From assembly GCA_020137815.1 (NCBI GenBank), contig CM035356.1, positions 620,001-684,000 on the forward strand: a stretch of DNA of 64,000 nt, read 5' to 3'. A program made the position numbers and the translations under genes. The notes under the pieces were generated by a model that saw only the letters and a program-made list of their open reading frames with translations, had not been told where the DNA came from and did not search any database. Below are positions 61,785 through 64,000 of the stretch, in pieces. This DNA comes from Hormiphora californensis (Eukaryota > Animalia > Ctenophora). Position 1 is the stretch's first letter, and each line of letters starts with the position of its first letter.

Positions 61785-64000
61785 TTGATCTACTCCATCT
61801 CTCAGCTATCCTACCCCTCATCAACTCGATCTCTCAGCTACCCTACCCCTCATCTACTCCATCTTTCAGCTACCCTACCCCTCATCTACTCCATCTTTCA
61901 GCTACCCTACCCCTTATCTAGTCCATCTCTCAGCTACCCTACTCCTCATCTACTCCATCTCTCAGCTTCCCTATTAGAAAAGCATAGAGATGGAAACGAT
62001 TAGGGGTAGGGAATCCCTATCCATAATCGTTTCCATCTCTATGCTTCCCTAGCCCTCATCAACTCCATCTTTCAGCTACCCTACCCCTAATCTAGTCCAT
62101 CTCTCCGCTACCCTACTCCTCATCTACTCCATCTCTCAGCTATCCTACCTCCCATTTACTCCATCTCTCAGCTACCCTACCTCCCATTTACTCCATCTCT
62201 CAGCTTCCCTACCTCCCATTTACTCCATCTCTCAGCTTACCTACCTCCCATTTACTCCATATCTCAGCTTCCCTACCTGCCATTTACTCCATCTTTCAGA
62301 TACCCTACCTCCCATTTACTCCATCTCTCAGCTTACCTACCTCCCATTTACTCCATCTCTCAGCTTCCCTACCTCCCATTTACTCCATCTCTCAGCTACC
62401 CAACCTCCCATTTACTCCATCTATCAGCTACCCTACCTCCCATTTACTCCATCTCTCAGCTTCCCTACCTCCCATTTACTCCATCTCTCAGCTTCCTTAC
62501 CTCCCATTTACTCCATCTCTCAGCTTACCTACCTCCCATTTATTCCATATCTCACCTTCCCTACCTGCCATTTACTCCATCTCTCAGCTTCCCTACCTCC
62601 CATTTACTCCATCTCTCAGCTACCCTACCACCCATTTACTCCATCTCTCAGTTTTCCTACCTCCCATTTACTCCATATCTCAGCTTCCCTACCTGCCATT
62701 TACTCCATCTCTCAGATACCCTACCTCCCATTTGATCCATCTCTCAGCTTCCCTACCTCCCATTTACTCCATCCCTCAGCTTCCCTACCTCCCATTTACT
62801 CCATCCCTGCCTCCCATTTACTCCATTTCTCAGCTTTCCTACCTCCCATTTACTCCATCTCTCAGCTACCCTACCTCCCATTTACTCCATCTCTCAGCTA
62901 CCCTACCTCCCATTTACTCCATCTCTCAGCTTACCTACCTCCCATTTACTCCATCTCTCAGCTTCCCTACCTCCCATTTACTCCATCCCTCAGCTTCCCT
63001 ACCTCCCATTTACTCCATCTCTCAGCTACCCTACCTCCCATTTACTCCTTCTCTCAGCTTCCCTACCTCCCATTTACTCCATCTTTCAGCTTCCCTACCT
63101 CCCATTTACTCCATCGCTTACCTTCCCTACCTCCCATTTACTCCATCTCTCAGCTTCCCTACCTCCCATTTACTCCATCTCTCAGCTTCCCCACCTCCCA
63201 TTTACTCCATCTCTCATTTATCCTAACATTCCTACCCCTGAGAGATGGAGTAAATGGGAGGTAGGGAAGCTGAGAGATGGAGTAAATGGGAGGTAGGAAA
63301 GCTGAGAGATGGAGTAAATGGGTGGTAGGGTAGCTGAGAGATAGAGTAAATGGGAGGTAGGGAAGCTGAGGGATGGAGTAAATGTGAGGTATGGAAGCTG
63401 AGAGATGGAGTAAATGGGAGGTAGGTAAGCTGAGAGATGGAGTAAATGGTAGGTAGGGTAGCTGAGAGATGGAGTAAATGGGAGGTAGGGTAGCTGAGAG
63501 ATGGAGTAAATGGGAGGTAGGGAAGCTGAGAAATGGAGTAAATGGGAGGTAGGGTAGCTGAGAGATGGAGTAAATGGGAGGTAGGGAAGCTGAGAGATGG
63601 ATCAAATGGGAGGTAGGGTATCTGAGAGATGGAGTAAATGGCAGGTAGGGAAGCTGAGATATGGAGTAAATGGGAGGTAGGAAAGCTGAGAGATGGAGTA
63701 AATGGGTGGTAGGGTAGCTGAGAGATGGAGTAAATGGGAGGTAGGGAAGCTGAGAGATGGATCAAATGGGAGGTAGGGTATCTGAGAGATGGAGTAAATG
63801 GCAGGTAGGGAAGCTGAGATATGGAGTAAATGGGAGGTAGGAAAGCTGAGAAATGGAGTAAATGGGTGGTAGGGTAGCTGAGAGATGGAGTAAATGGGAG
63901 GTAGGGAAGCTGAGGGATGGAGTAAATGGGAGGTAGGGAAGCTGAGAGATGGAGTAAATGGGAGGTAGGGAAGCTGAGAGATGGAGTAAATGGGTGGTAG
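61785..64000. repeat. 32-bp minisatellite (ctcccatttactccatctctcagcttccctac)n with a strand inversion at ~63220-63238
   Basis: 32-bp period from ~62140, with diverged units from 61785. Reverse-complement units run from 63238 to the window end. Confidence 0.95.

Noticed and set aside
61785-64000. CRISPR-like array or repetitive protein ORFs
   Set aside because: Contiguous 32-bp units with no unique spacers in a eukaryotic context; the ORFs are just translations of the repeat

Overview
Gene-dense eukaryotic (animal) genomic DNA with short GT-AG introns and many (GA)n/(CT)n microsatellites. A rhodopsin-class GPCR of the DRY-less 'D..T..LI..LA..D / K..L..P' type and splice acceptors just upstream of many ATGs suggest a ctenophore (inference). 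Main content: (1) 1.1-16.8 kb, seven small, very divergent, co-oriented minus-strand genes whose spliced products share a motif pattern resembling the cytosolic N-terminal (dimerisation) domain of anoctamin/TMEM16 proteins but have no channel body. This is the best candidate for an undescribed system. (2) An acidic low-complexity gene at 21.4-25.2 kb. (3) Arp2 (27.1-36.9 kb, minus), whose middle 8.4 kb is homopolymer-corrupted sequence (probable assembly artefact) hiding several exons and an RLE-type non-LTR retrotransposon. (4) An intact CR1/L2-type LINE whose ORF2 has no usable ATG and overlaps ORF1 across a G GGU UUU slippery site. (5) A tight plus-strand cluster AKAP14, CXorf58-like, RSPH9 and a signal-peptide nucleoredoxin-like gene. 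(6) A 7-exon GPCR whose introns hold a poly-G/poly-C TIR element, a 1.5 kb perfect palindrome and a small Helitron. (7) An unknown multi-exon gene, a mariner-type foldback MITE and a 32-bp minisatellite that inverts near the window end. Exon structures were spliced and translated by hand, and family calls come from remembered motifs, not database searches.
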